Source of the DNA: Phycisphaerae bacterium
GTDB lineage: Bacteria; Planctomycetota; Phycisphaerae; Phycisphaerales; UBA1924
Direction: 5' to 3'
NCBI GenBank assembly: GCA_041485385.1
Contig: JBGPJM010000001.1
Coordinates: forward strand, 421-64,420
Length of the DNA stretch: 64,000 nucleotides
Shown: piece by piece, positions 45,180 through 53,738 of the stretch
How positions within the stretch are numbered: the first letter of the stretch is position 1
Layout: every line of letters starts with the position of its first letter
Made by a program: the position numbers and the translations under genes
The notes under the pieces: model-generated
Seen by the model: the letters and a program-made list of their open reading frames with translations, nothing else
Told to the model about the DNA's origin: nothing
Database searches by the model: none

Positions 45180-45287
45180 GCCGTCCTGCGACAACCCGAG
45201 GGAACCGATCCACGAGAATCCCGGGGGGGTCATCTCGCGGCTATCCTGTCCCCCTTGGGCCTTGAGTGAGCAGGGACATCGGAGACC

Positions 45288-46148
45288 GTGATGAGCCGAG
45301 CAGAAATCTCGTTGCCGCAAGCGCCGGCAGGTTTGCCCACGCCGCGGGCGCTGGGGCAGACGTCGCGGGAAGACCTGTGGTGGGTGCAGCCGCTGGCGGT
45401 GTTTCTGGGGCTGGGGGCGTTCATCGTGTACTCGACGTGGGCGGCGCTGCAAGGGGCGCACTATTTCGTGGCCGGAACCGAATACCTTTCGCCGATGTAC
45501 TCGCCGACGCTGTGGGATGCGCCGGGGCAGCACTCGGGCCACGCGTGGCTCGGGCCGTGGCCGAGCTGGCTCTCCTGGGTGCCGGTGGCTGTGGCGTCGC
45601 CGGCATTCCTGATTCTCTGGGCGCCGGCCGGGTTCCGGTTCACTTGCTACTACTACCGGGGCGCGTACTACAAGGCGTTCTGGGCGGACCCGCTGACGTG
45701 CGCGGTGGGCGAGCCGGGATTCCGCGGGAAGAGGTTCCGCGGCGAGCGCTCGCTGCCGCTGATCCTGCAGAACGTGCACAGGTATTTCTACTACCTGGCG
45801 GCGCTGTTCATCGTGCTGCTGAGCATCGACGCCGTGAAGTCGTACTGGTTCACCGACATCGCGGGCAAGGGCCATTTCGGGATCGGCGTCGGGTCGCTGG
45901 TGCTGACGATCAACCCGATCCTGCTGGGGGCGTACACCTTCGGTTGCCACTCGCTGCGGCACCTGATCGGCGGAAAGAAAGACTGCCTCTCGAGCCTGGG
46001 GCCGAAGAAGAGGGCCTACGACTGCGTGAGCTGCCTCAACCGGAACCACATGAAATGGGCGTGGTTCAGCCTGTTCTGGGTCGGGTTCACGGACTTCTAC
46101 GTTCGGATGGTCTCGATGGGGTACATCACCGACTACCGGCTGCTGTAG
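45288..46148 (+). CDS. Succinate dehydrogenase/fumarate reductase membrane-anchor (cytochrome b-like) subunit, tentative
   Basis: 286-aa polytopic membrane protein with conserved His residues, immediately upstream of the flavoprotein and Fe-S subunit genes. The call rests mainly on operon context. Confidence 0.6.
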   Translation: MMSRAEISLPQAPAGLPTPRALGQTSREDLWWVQPLAVFLGLGAFIVYSTWAALQGAHYFVAGTEYLSPMYSPTLWDAPGQHSGHAWLGPWPSWLSWVPVAVASPAFLILWAPAGFRFTCYYYRGAYYKAFWADPLTCAVGEPGFRGKRFRGERSLPLILQNVHRYFYYLAALFIVLLSIDAVKSYWFTDIAGKGHFGIGVGSLVLTINPILLGAYTFGCHSLRHLIGGKKDCLSSLGPKKRAYDCVSCLNRNHMKWAWFSLFWVGFTDFYVRMVSMGYITDYRLL

Positions 46149-46169
46149 TTGCGAGGAGCCCGGACTCTC

Positions 46170-47984
46170 ATGGCGCAGTACGAAACGCACGAGCACGACG
46201 TCCTGGTGATCGGCGCCGGCGGCGCGGGCCTCCGCGCGGCGATCGAGGCCTCGACGAAGGGGTGCCGCACCGCGGTGGTGTGCAAGTCGCTCCTGGGCAA
46301 GGCGCACACGGTGATGGCCGAGGGCGGGGTGGCCGCGGCGCTGGCCAACGTGGACGACCGCGACTCGTGGAAAGTGCACTTCGCGGACACGATGCGCGGC
46401 GGGCAGTATCTGAACAACTGGAGGATGGCCGAACTGCACGCCAAGGAGGCGCCGGACCGCGTGAAGGAGCTGGAGGCGTGGGGCGCGGTGTTCGACCGGA
46501 CGAAGGACGGGCGGATCCTGCAGCGGAACTTCGGCGGCCACCGCTACCCGCGCCTGGCGCACGTAGGGGACCGCACGGGCCTGGAGATGATCCGCACGCT
46601 GCAGGACCACGGGGTGCACCAGGGGATCGACGTCTACATGGAGATGACGGTCTTCAGCCTTTTGAAGGAAGGCGGGAGGGTGGTGGGCGCGTTCGGCTAC
46701 GACCGGGAGCGCGGGCGGTTCCGAGTGTGGCGCGCCAAGGCGGTGGTGCTGGCGACGGGGGGGATCGGGCGGGCGTTCCGGATCACGAGCAACTCGTGGG
46801 AGTACACCGGCGACGGCCAGGCGCTGGCGTACCAAGCCGGGGCGGACCTGATGGACATGGAGTTCGTCCAGTTCCACCCGACCGGGATGGTGTGGCCGCC
46901 GAGCGTGCGGGGGATCCTGGTGACCGAAGGCGTGCGCGGCGAGGGCGGGCGTTTGCTCAACATCAAGGGCGAGCGGTTCATGTTCAACGACATCCCGGAG
47001 AACTACCGCAACCAGACCGCCAAGGACGCCGAGGAGGGGTGGCGCTACGTGACGGGGGACAAGTCGGCAAACCGCCCGCCGGAGCTTCTGACGCGCGACC
47101 ACGTGTCGAGGTGCATCAACCGCGAAGTGAAGGCTGGGCGCGGTTCGCCGCACGGGGGCGTGTTCCTCGATATCGCGTGGATCAGGGAGAAGTTGCCCAA
47201 CGCCGAGGAGCACATCAAGAAAAAGCTCCCCAGCATGTACCACCAGTTCCACACGCTGGCGGGCATCGACATCACGAAGGAGCCGATGGAGGTGGGCCCG
47301 ACGACCCACTACGTCATGGGCGGTGTGCGAGTGGACGGGGACACGCAGATGAGCACGGTGCCGGGGCTCTTCGCCGCGGGAGAGGTGGCCGCGGGGCTGC
47401 ACGGCGCCAACCGGCTGGGGGGGAACTCGCTGAGCGACCTCCTGGTGTTCGGCAAGCTGGCCGGTGAGTTCGCGGCGGAGTACGCCAAGAAGAACAGCCT
47501 GGGGACGGTGAACGGGCAGCAGGTGGAGGAGGCGGGCAAGCGGGCGCTGGAGCCGTTCGAGCGCGGGTCCAAGGGGGAGAACCCGTACGCGATCCAGCAC
47601 GACCTGCAGGACATGATGCAGGACCTCGTGGGCATCGTGCGCACGCAGAACGAGATGGAGCGGGCGCTGGAGGGGATCGGGCGGTTGAAAGCGCGGGCGA
47701 GGGGCGTGGGCGTGCCGGGGAACCGCGAGTACAACCCCGGCTGGCACACGGCGATCGACCTGGACAATCTGCTGACCATTTCGGAGGCCGTGACGCGGGC
47801 GGCGCTGGAGCGCCCGGAAAGCCGCGGGGCGCAGTTCCGCGATGACTACCCCAGCAAGAGCGATGAGTGCGCGAAGTTCAACATCGTGCTGCGGAAGAGC
47901 GAGGATGGGTCGATGCGGGTGGTGCGGGAGCCGATCAGGCCGATGCGGGAGGACCTGAAGCAGATCATCGAGGAGAACAAGTAG
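46170..47984 (+). CDS. sdhA: Succinate dehydrogenase/fumarate reductase flavoprotein subunit
   Basis: ATG at M8 of ORF 46149..47984. DVLVIGAGGAGLRAA, HTVMAEGG, VQFHPTG (FAD-histidyl site), GLFAAGE and RLGGNSL motifs. Confidence 0.93.
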   Translation: MAQYETHEHDVLVIGAGGAGLRAAIEASTKGCRTAVVCKSLLGKAHTVMAEGGVAAALANVDDRDSWKVHFADTMRGGQYLNNWRMAELHAKEAPDRVKELEAWGAVFDRTKDGRILQRNFGGHRYPRLAHVGDRTGLEMIRTLQDHGVHQGIDVYMEMTVFSLLKEGGRVVGAFGYDRERGRFRVWRAKAVVLATGGIGRAFRITSNSWEYTGDGQALAYQAGADLMDMEFVQFHPTGMVWPPSVRGILVTEGVRGEGGRLLNIKGERFMFNDIPENYRNQTAKDAEEGWRYVTGDKSANRPPELLTRDHVSRCINREVKAGRGSPHGGVFLDIAWIREKLPNAEEHIKKKLPSMYHQFHTLAGIDITKEPMEVGPTTHYVMGGVRVDGDTQMSTVPGLFAAGEVAAGLHGANRLGGNSLSDLLVFGKLAGEFAAEYAKKNSLGTVNGQQVEEAGKRALEPFERGSKGENPYAIQHDLQDMMQDLVGIVRTQNEMERALEGIGRLKARARGVGVPGNREYNPGWHTAIDLDNLLTISEAVTRAALERPESRGAQFRDDYPSKSDECAKFNIVLRKSEDGSMRVVREPIRPMREDLKQIIEENK

Positions 47985-48037
47985 GGAGGGGCGAAGGACG
48001 GGACGATGCGGCGTGGGCGCGGGCGGAGAAGCATGGC

Positions 48038-48874
48038 ATGACGACGACAACGACCAGATCAAGCCCCCCCTCCCCACCCGCCGCGGCAGGCGCCGCCGGG
48101 GGGGGCTCGTCGGTGGAGAGGAAGGTCTCTCGCCTGTTCCGGGTCTGGCGCGGCGACAAGACCAAGGGGGAGTTCAAGGACTACAAGACCGAGGTGACCG
48201 AGGGGATGGTCGTTCTGGACGCCGTGCACCAGATCCAGGCCGAGAGCGCCCCGGACCTGGCGTGCCGATGGAACTGCAAGGCCGGCAAGTGCGGGAGCTG
48301 CTCGGCGGAGGTCAACGGCAAGCCGCGGCTGATGTGCATGACGCGCCTGCAGGACCTGCCCGAGGACATGCCGGTGACGGTCGAGCCGATGCAGGCGTTC
48401 CCGCTGATCAGGGACCTGGTGACCGACGTGTCCTGGAACTTCGAGGTGAAGAAGAGGATCAAGCCGTTCACGCCCCGGAAGCCGGATGCGCCGGACGGCA
48501 CATGGCGGATGCAGCAGGAGGACGTGGACCGGGTGCAGGAGTTCCGCAAGTGCATCGAGTGCTACCTCTGCCAGGATGTGTGCCATGTGCTGCGTGACCA
48601 CCACAAGCACGGGGAGTTCATCGGGCCGCGGTTCCTGGTGCACGTGGCGGCGCTGGAGATGCACCCGCTGGACACGGCGGACCGGGTGGCGGACCTGAGG
48701 AAGGAACACGGGATCGGGTACTGCAACATCACCAAGTGCTGCACGAAGGTCTGCCCGGAGAACATCACGATCACCGACAACGCGATCATCCCGCTCAAGG
48801 AGCGCGTGGTTGACGAGTTCTTCGACCCCCTGACGAAGCTGTTCCGGATGTTCACGCCGAAAGAGTCGCCGTAA
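48038..48874 (+). CDS. sdhB: Succinate dehydrogenase/fumarate reductase iron-sulfur subunit
   Basis: M58 of ORF 47867..48874. Cysteine clusters CRWNCKAGKCGSC, CIECYLCQDVC and CNITKCCTKVCP. Confidence 0.9.
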   Translation: MTTTTTRSSPPSPPAAAGAAGGGSSVERKVSRLFRVWRGDKTKGEFKDYKTEVTEGMVVLDAVHQIQAESAPDLACRWNCKAGKCGSCSAEVNGKPRLMCMTRLQDLPEDMPVTVEPMQAFPLIRDLVTDVSWNFEVKKRIKPFTPRKPDAPDGTWRMQQEDVDRVQEFRKCIECYLCQDVCHVLRDHHKHGEFIGPRFLVHVAALEMHPLDTADRVADLRKEHGIGYCNITKCCTKVCPENITITDNAIIPLKERVVDEFFDPLTKLFRMFTPKESP

Positions 48875-48886
48875 CGCGCAAGCGGA

Positions 48887-51565
48887 TCATGGTGTAACGC
48901 GGCCCCGCCATTCGGTCGCGGAGGTGGTGTCGCCCCGGGCCTCGAAGTGCTTGACGATGCGCTCGGCGGCCCGCCGGCGGCGGTCGTCCGGGGTCTGCGG
49001 GCTGGCCTTCATGATGGTGTAGCCGTCGATGAGCAGGGGCTGGGCGTCGTCGAAGCGCCCCTGCATCGAGAGGCACGCCCCCAGCAGGTTCATCGACGAG
49101 CCGATGAGCCAGTGACCGGCCGGGAGCTTCTCGCGCCGGATGTCGAGGGACTCGCGGAGGAGCGGCTCGGCCTCGGCGGCGCGGCCGAGCTCGAGCAGGT
49201 CCCACCCGAGGTTGGCCTGGCTGCGGGCGATGTCCGGATGATCCGGCTCCAGCAGCGCGCGGTTCATCTCGAGCGCCTCGCGGAAGAGCGGCTCGGCCTT
49301 CGCGGCGTCGCCGCGCTCCAGGTAAAGACCGGCGAGGCTGTTGGCGGCCTTGGCGACGTCCGGGTGCGGCGTCCCCAGCAGCGTCCGCGTCATCTCCAGC
49401 GACTGAAGCAAGAGCGGCTCGGCCTGGCGGAACTTGCCCTGGGCGACCAGGAGAAGACCGAGGTTGTTGAGCGCGCCGGCAAGGTCGGCGGTGGGCGCCT
49501 GCTTGAGATCGCGGATGATGCGCAGCGACTCGGTGTACAGCATCTGCGCCTCGTCGAGGTTGTCCCGCTCGACGAGGATGAGCGCGAGGTTGTTGATCGC
49601 CGCGGCGACGAATCCATCGGTCGGCGGGCGCGTGCGCCGGCTGAGCTCGACATCCTCCCGCGCCAGCGCCTCGGCCTGGTCGAGTTTGCCCTCGAGCCGG
49701 TAGACGGTAGAGAGACTCTCGAGGGTGGCGGACACGTCGGCCGGGTCCTCTTCGGGAAGGGACCGGCGGAGGATGAGGGCCGCGGTGAGGTGCTTCTCGG
49801 CCTCGGGGTAGCGTCCGAGGGACTGATAGGTACGGCCGATGGTCGTGCGGACGTCGGCCTCGATCTGGGGCTGGTTGCGCAGGGAGCCGGCCTCGACCTT
49901 GGCCGCGGCGGCGTCGAGGGCGTCGCCGATGGTGGTGTCCTTGCCGCGCGTGTTCGCCGGGTCGGCCGCGCCGAGGACCTCCTGCATGAAATCGTTGGCG
50001 GCGCGGGCGCGGGCGGTCTGCAACGTGGCGGCCTGCGTCTGGAGGTCGGCGATGTGGTGCTGGGTCGCCTCGGCCTCGCGCGCCCGGTTGGCCTGGCCCA
50101 GCGCGATGGTGGTGCCGATCAGCCCCAGCACGAGGGCCGCGGTCACCAGCCCCGCGCCCACGAGCAGGGCCCGGTTGCGGCGCGCGAACTTCGTCAGCCG
50201 GTACGAGACACTCGGCGGGCCGGCGAGGACCGGCTCGTGCCGAAGGTGGCGCCGGACATCTTCGGCCAGGTCGAGGGCGGAGGCGTAGCGGCGCGTCCGG
50301 TCCTTCTCCATGGCCTTCATGGTGATCCAGTCCAGGTCGCCGCGCAGCGAGCGCGCGAGCGTGGACGGGCTGGCGCCGCGCTGGCGGGCGATCAGGTCCG
50401 GGGATGCGCCCGGGGCGGGCTGGGGCTGCGCCGGGGGCCCGGGGGGGGCGGGGGACGCGGGGGGCGGAGAGGAGAGGCCGCTGAGGCGGGTGCTGGGGCG
50501 CGGCGGCTCGGAGTCGCGGAGGATGCGCTGGATCTCGGCGAAGCCGGCGAAGCGGAAGGTGCGGGGATCAAAGGGGGGAGAACCGGTGAGCAGCTCATAA
50601 AGGAGCACTCCCAGGGAGTAGACGTCGGAGCGCGTGTCGATGTCCTGGCCGGAGAGACCGGCCTGCTCGGGGGACATGTAGGCGGGGGTGCCGATGATCT
50701 GGCCGTGCTCGGTCAGGCCGGTCTCTTCGAGGGCGCGGCTGCTGACGGCCTTGGCGACGCCGAAGTCGATGACCTTGGGAACGGCTCGCCCCCACGCCCC
50801 CCCCACTCCCGACGCCCCTGATCCGCCGTCGCGCTCGACGGCCTCGATCAGGACGTTCCCCGGCTTGAGGTCGCGATGGATAACGCCCTTCTGGTGCGCG
50901 TGCTGCACGGCCTCGCAGACCTGGATAAACAGCTCGAGGCGCTGGCGGACGCTCAGACGCCGCTGGTCGCAGTACAGGGTGATGGGCGGCCCGTGGACGT
51001 ACTCCATCGCGAAATACGGGCGCCCTCGGGGTGTGGCGCCGGCGTCGAAGACGCGCGCGACCGAGGGGTGCTCCATCACGGCCAGCGCCTGGCGCTCGGC
51101 GCGGAATCGCTCGATGACGTGCCGCGTGTCCATCCCGAGCTTGATGACTTTGAGAGCGACCTTGCGCCGGATGGGCTCGGACTGCTCGGCAAGGTAGACG
51201 GTGCCCATGCCGCCGGCGCCGATGGTGGAGAGGATGCGGTAGGGGCCGATCATCGTGCCGGGAGGGTCGTCGGTGAGGATGTCGACGCTGGAGTCCGCGC
51301 CCCCTCCCTGGCCCCGGCCACCCCCACCTCCCCGATCCGCGCCCCGATCCCCCCCACTCCTATCAACCACCGCCGGGACCTGCATGAACTGCTGGTCGGC
51401 GTCGTGCTCGCGCAGGAGCGACTCGATCTCGCGACGCAGGGCGCTGTCGGGGCCACACAGGGCGTCGAGGCAGGCTGGCCGCTCGGCGGGCGCGAGGGCG
51501 GCCGCCGCGGCGAAGATCCGTTCGGTGCGACCGTGTTCGGGCATGGAGGGAGACTGGGTGGGCAT
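48887..51565 (-). CDS. Ser/Thr protein kinase with TM helix and TPR domain (paralogue 2)
   Basis: Real start is M225 of ORF 48887..52237 (MPTQSPSMPEHGRTERIF...). IGAGGMGTVYLA, VALKVI, HRDLKPGNVLI, DFGVA and SPEQ motifs. TM helix ALLVGAGLVTAALVLGLIGTTIAL, then TPR repeats. The ATG overlaps the sigma stop by 1 nt. Confidence 0.92.
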   Translation of the reverse strand: MPTQSPSMPEHGRTERIFAAAAALAPAERPACLDALCGPDSALRREIESLLREHDADQQFMQVPAVVDRSGGDRGADRGGGGGRGQGGGADSSVDILTDDPPGTMIGPYRILSTIGAGGMGTVYLAEQSEPIRRKVALKVIKLGMDTRHVIERFRAERQALAVMEHPSVARVFDAGATPRGRPYFAMEYVHGPPITLYCDQRRLSVRQRLELFIQVCEAVQHAHQKGVIHRDLKPGNVLIEAVERDGGSGASGVGGAWGRAVPKVIDFGVAKAVSSRALEETGLTEHGQIIGTPAYMSPEQAGLSGQDIDTRSDVYSLGVLLYELLTGSPPFDPRTFRFAGFAEIQRILRDSEPPRPSTRLSGLSSPPPASPAPPGPPAQPQPAPGASPDLIARQRGASPSTLARSLRGDLDWITMKAMEKDRTRRYASALDLAEDVRRHLRHEPVLAGPPSVSYRLTKFARRNRALLVGAGLVTAALVLGLIGTTIALGQANRAREAEATQHHIADLQTQAATLQTARARAANDFMQEVLGAADPANTRGKDTTIGDALDAAAAKVEAGSLRNQPQIEADVRTTIGRTYQSLGRYPEAEKHLTAALILRRSLPEEDPADVSATLESLSTVYRLEGKLDQAEALAREDVELSRRTRPPTDGFVAAAINNLALILVERDNLDEAQMLYTESLRIIRDLKQAPTADLAGALNNLGLLLVAQGKFRQAEPLLLQSLEMTRTLLGTPHPDVAKAANSLAGLYLERGDAAKAEPLFREALEMNRALLEPDHPDIARSQANLGWDLLELGRAAEAEPLLRESLDIRREKLPAGHWLIGSSMNLLGACLSMQGRFDDAQPLLIDGYTIMKASPQTPDDRRRRAAERIVKHFEARGDTTSATEWRGRVTP

Positions 51566-52167
51566 CAGGAATCTTCGGGGTCGCCGTCGCCCTGGAGCTT
51601 GCGGACCTCGCGCCTGAGCCAGGCGCGGGCGTAGGTCCACTCGGTCTTTACAGTAGTAAGGGAGAGTCCCAGCGCGGCGGCGGTCTGTTCGATGCTGAGG
51701 CCGGCGAAGTAGCGGAGGTGGACGATCTCGGCCTTGCGCGGGTCGCGGGCCTCGAGGAGCTTGAGGGCCTCGTCGAGGGAGATGAGGTCCTCGGGGGTCT
51801 GGGTATCGCCGACGGCCTCCACATCCCAATCGACGCGCTGCCGCCCGCCGCCGTGCTTGAGGCGGGCGCGGCGACGGGCGCGCTCGACGAGGATGCGTCG
51901 CATGGCCAGGGCGGCGGCGCCGTAGAAGTGGCCGCGGGAGCGCCACTGGGCGTTGGGATCGGCGACGAGGCGGAGGTAGGCCTCGTGGACGAGCGCGGTG
52001 GGCTGGAGGGTGTGGCCGGAGGATTCGCGCGCGAACTGGTTGCGGGCGAGGCGGCGGAGCTCGGCGTAGACCAAGGGCAGGAGCTGCTCGGGCGCAGTGG
52101 GATCGCCGCCGGCGGCGCTGACCAGCAATCGAGTGACGTCCTGGTGTGCGGTTGAGGAGGTCGGCAT
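51565..52167 (-). CDS. ECF-type sigma factor (PF07638 / ECF43-like), paralogue 2
   Basis: The last 200 aa of ORF 51565..53433 starting [68 protein letters not shown]. The upstream 422 codons are read-through of the repeat element. Confidence 0.9.
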   Translation of the reverse strand: MPTSSTAHQDVTRLLVSAAGGDPTAPEQLLPLVYAELRRLARNQFARESSGHTLQPTALVHEAYLRLVADPNAQWRSRGHFYGAAALAMRRILVERARRRARLKHGGGRQRVDWDVEAVGDTQTPEDLISLDEALKLLEARDPRKAEIVHLRYFAGLSIEQTAAALGLSLTTVKTEWTYARAWLRREVRKLQGDGDPEDS

Positions 52168-52216
52168 GGTGTGCTGGGGGCTGGCGCGACGGGGGCGACG
52201 GGAGACTGATGACCAA

Positions 52217-52248
52217 TGTCCGCTGTCCATTGTCCACTGTCCACTGTC
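52217..52248. repeat. (TGTCCRY)n heptamer array
   Basis: tgtccgc tgtccat tgtccac tgtccac tgtc, 50-80 nt upstream of the sigma start codon. Confidence 0.75.
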
Positions 52249-52256
52249 GGGGCTCG

Positions 52257-53398
52257 GAGGTTTCGTGAGGTTCGGCGAGGTTATTTGAGGTTCGGGGTGG
52301 GTTTTTTGAGGTTCGATGGGGGTTTTTTGAGGTTCGGCGAGGTTTTTTGAGGTTTTTGGGGGTTTTTTGAGGTTCGTTTTGGGGGTGTTTTTGATGTAAG
52401 TTGTTGTGGCGTAGTGAGTTATGTCTGTTAGCGGTTGCTTGGTTCGGGGTGGGACCTGAAATGCATCTCTCGAAGAGAAGTAAGCAGTGAGCAGAGAGCA
52501 GTAAGCAGTGAGCAGAAGAGAAGACGGGCGTGGGGGGACAGGGGACGAGAAGGGTCGAGAGATTTCGAGAAAGGTCGAGAGTTTTTGAGAAAAGCAGAGA
52601 AGGGCGGGGAAGGGTCGAGAAAAGCAGGGCAAGTTTTTCATGTAAGTGCTTGTGTTATCGATAGTTGTGACCTTTGATGGGGTGTTTTTCGCGAAGAGGG
52701 GGGGGGTCGGTTTCTCGGGGTTTTTGGGTGGTTTTTGAGGGTCGGCGCGGCGGCGGCGTCGCTGCAAGTGGCTTTCTGCAAAGCACTTGCGTTGAGGCTC
52801 GGCTGATGGGGTGCGAGTCTGAAATTCGGGTGCTCCTGGGCAGGGTTTCGGACCGGACGTTCGCCCCCCCTCCCGTCGGGCGCAGCGTGCGCGCGACGTC
52901 CCTCTACCTATGGGCCATCGGCCCTGTTTGCGCGCGCAGAATGGGAAATCGGCGGGGGTCGAATCGCGTAAGTGCTTGTGGCGCAAGGAGAAGAAAATTG
53001 TGAGGTTTGCGCTTTTGCGCGCGCCGGGCGCGCCTGTTCTGCGCGCGCAAGCGCGCTCCACCGTTCGGGGGAGTTGGTTGCCGCGGTGGCCGCGGGTGCC
53101 CAGATCGCCGCGGTGCGTGTGACGATGCGCTGCCCGCCCCCCGATCGTTCGCCCACCCCTCGCTCGCGCGTCGGGTTCGTCAGGCGTCCGCGGTGATCGG
53201 GGACCGGATGCGGGGCGGCGGCCGCACTCCTCTCGATCGGCGGGAGACGTATCCCGAATCTCGGCGCCCGAGCGATCGCGGGCGCACCTGACGAGCCACT
53301 CAGGCGGCGTCCCCCGTCCCCGCGTCCCTCCGTCGGCGCACGCTCCCCCCCGCCCGCTGCGCGAGGCGGCTCGTTGGAACGATCCCCGCGAGTTCAGC
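52257..53398 (+). repeat. Copy B of the ~1.15-kb non-coding G+T-skewed element
   Basis: Collinear with 11558-12728: same tandem words, the same GTAAGTGCTTGTG boxes, and the same core at 52926-53052. Confidence 0.85.
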
Positions 53399-53425
53399 GC
53401 AGGAAGCGGTCTCCCCGTCTCCCCG

Positions 53426-53455
53426 TCCCACATCCGACATATGTGGGATGTGGGA
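53426..53455. promoter_or_regulatory. 30-bp near-perfect palindrome
   Basis: tcccacatccgacat|atgtgggatgtggga has 15-nt arms with no spacer and one mismatch (53436/53445). The centre is ACATATGT. Confidence 0.55.
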
Positions 53456-53738
53456 TGCGCTGCTCAACCCTTCCGGCTGATGCACCGCGCGTGGCGTTCA
53501 ACCACGAATGCGGTTGTCCGCGCCGAGTGGCTTAGTTCGACCACTTCGATGGCGGCTGCGTTCAACCAGCGGCGATGTTTTACGCAACTTTCATAGTCGC
53601 CGCTGCGCGTTTCGGGCGAACCGGCTCGCGGCACCGGGTTTGCCTCTGTACTCAGTCTGACTGCTCCGTCGCCGTTTTCGCTTTCGGCCGGGCATATCCG
53701 GAGAGGCCCCGTTCCGGGGCCGGTGTTATCGCTGCGCC

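Noticed and set aside
52168-53433. 422-codon N-terminal extension of sigma factor 2 (ORF 51565..53433)
   Set aside because: The extension is read-through of element copy B, with non-protein-like composition and low third-position GC. The sigma family's conserved N-terminus begins at the ATG at 52167.
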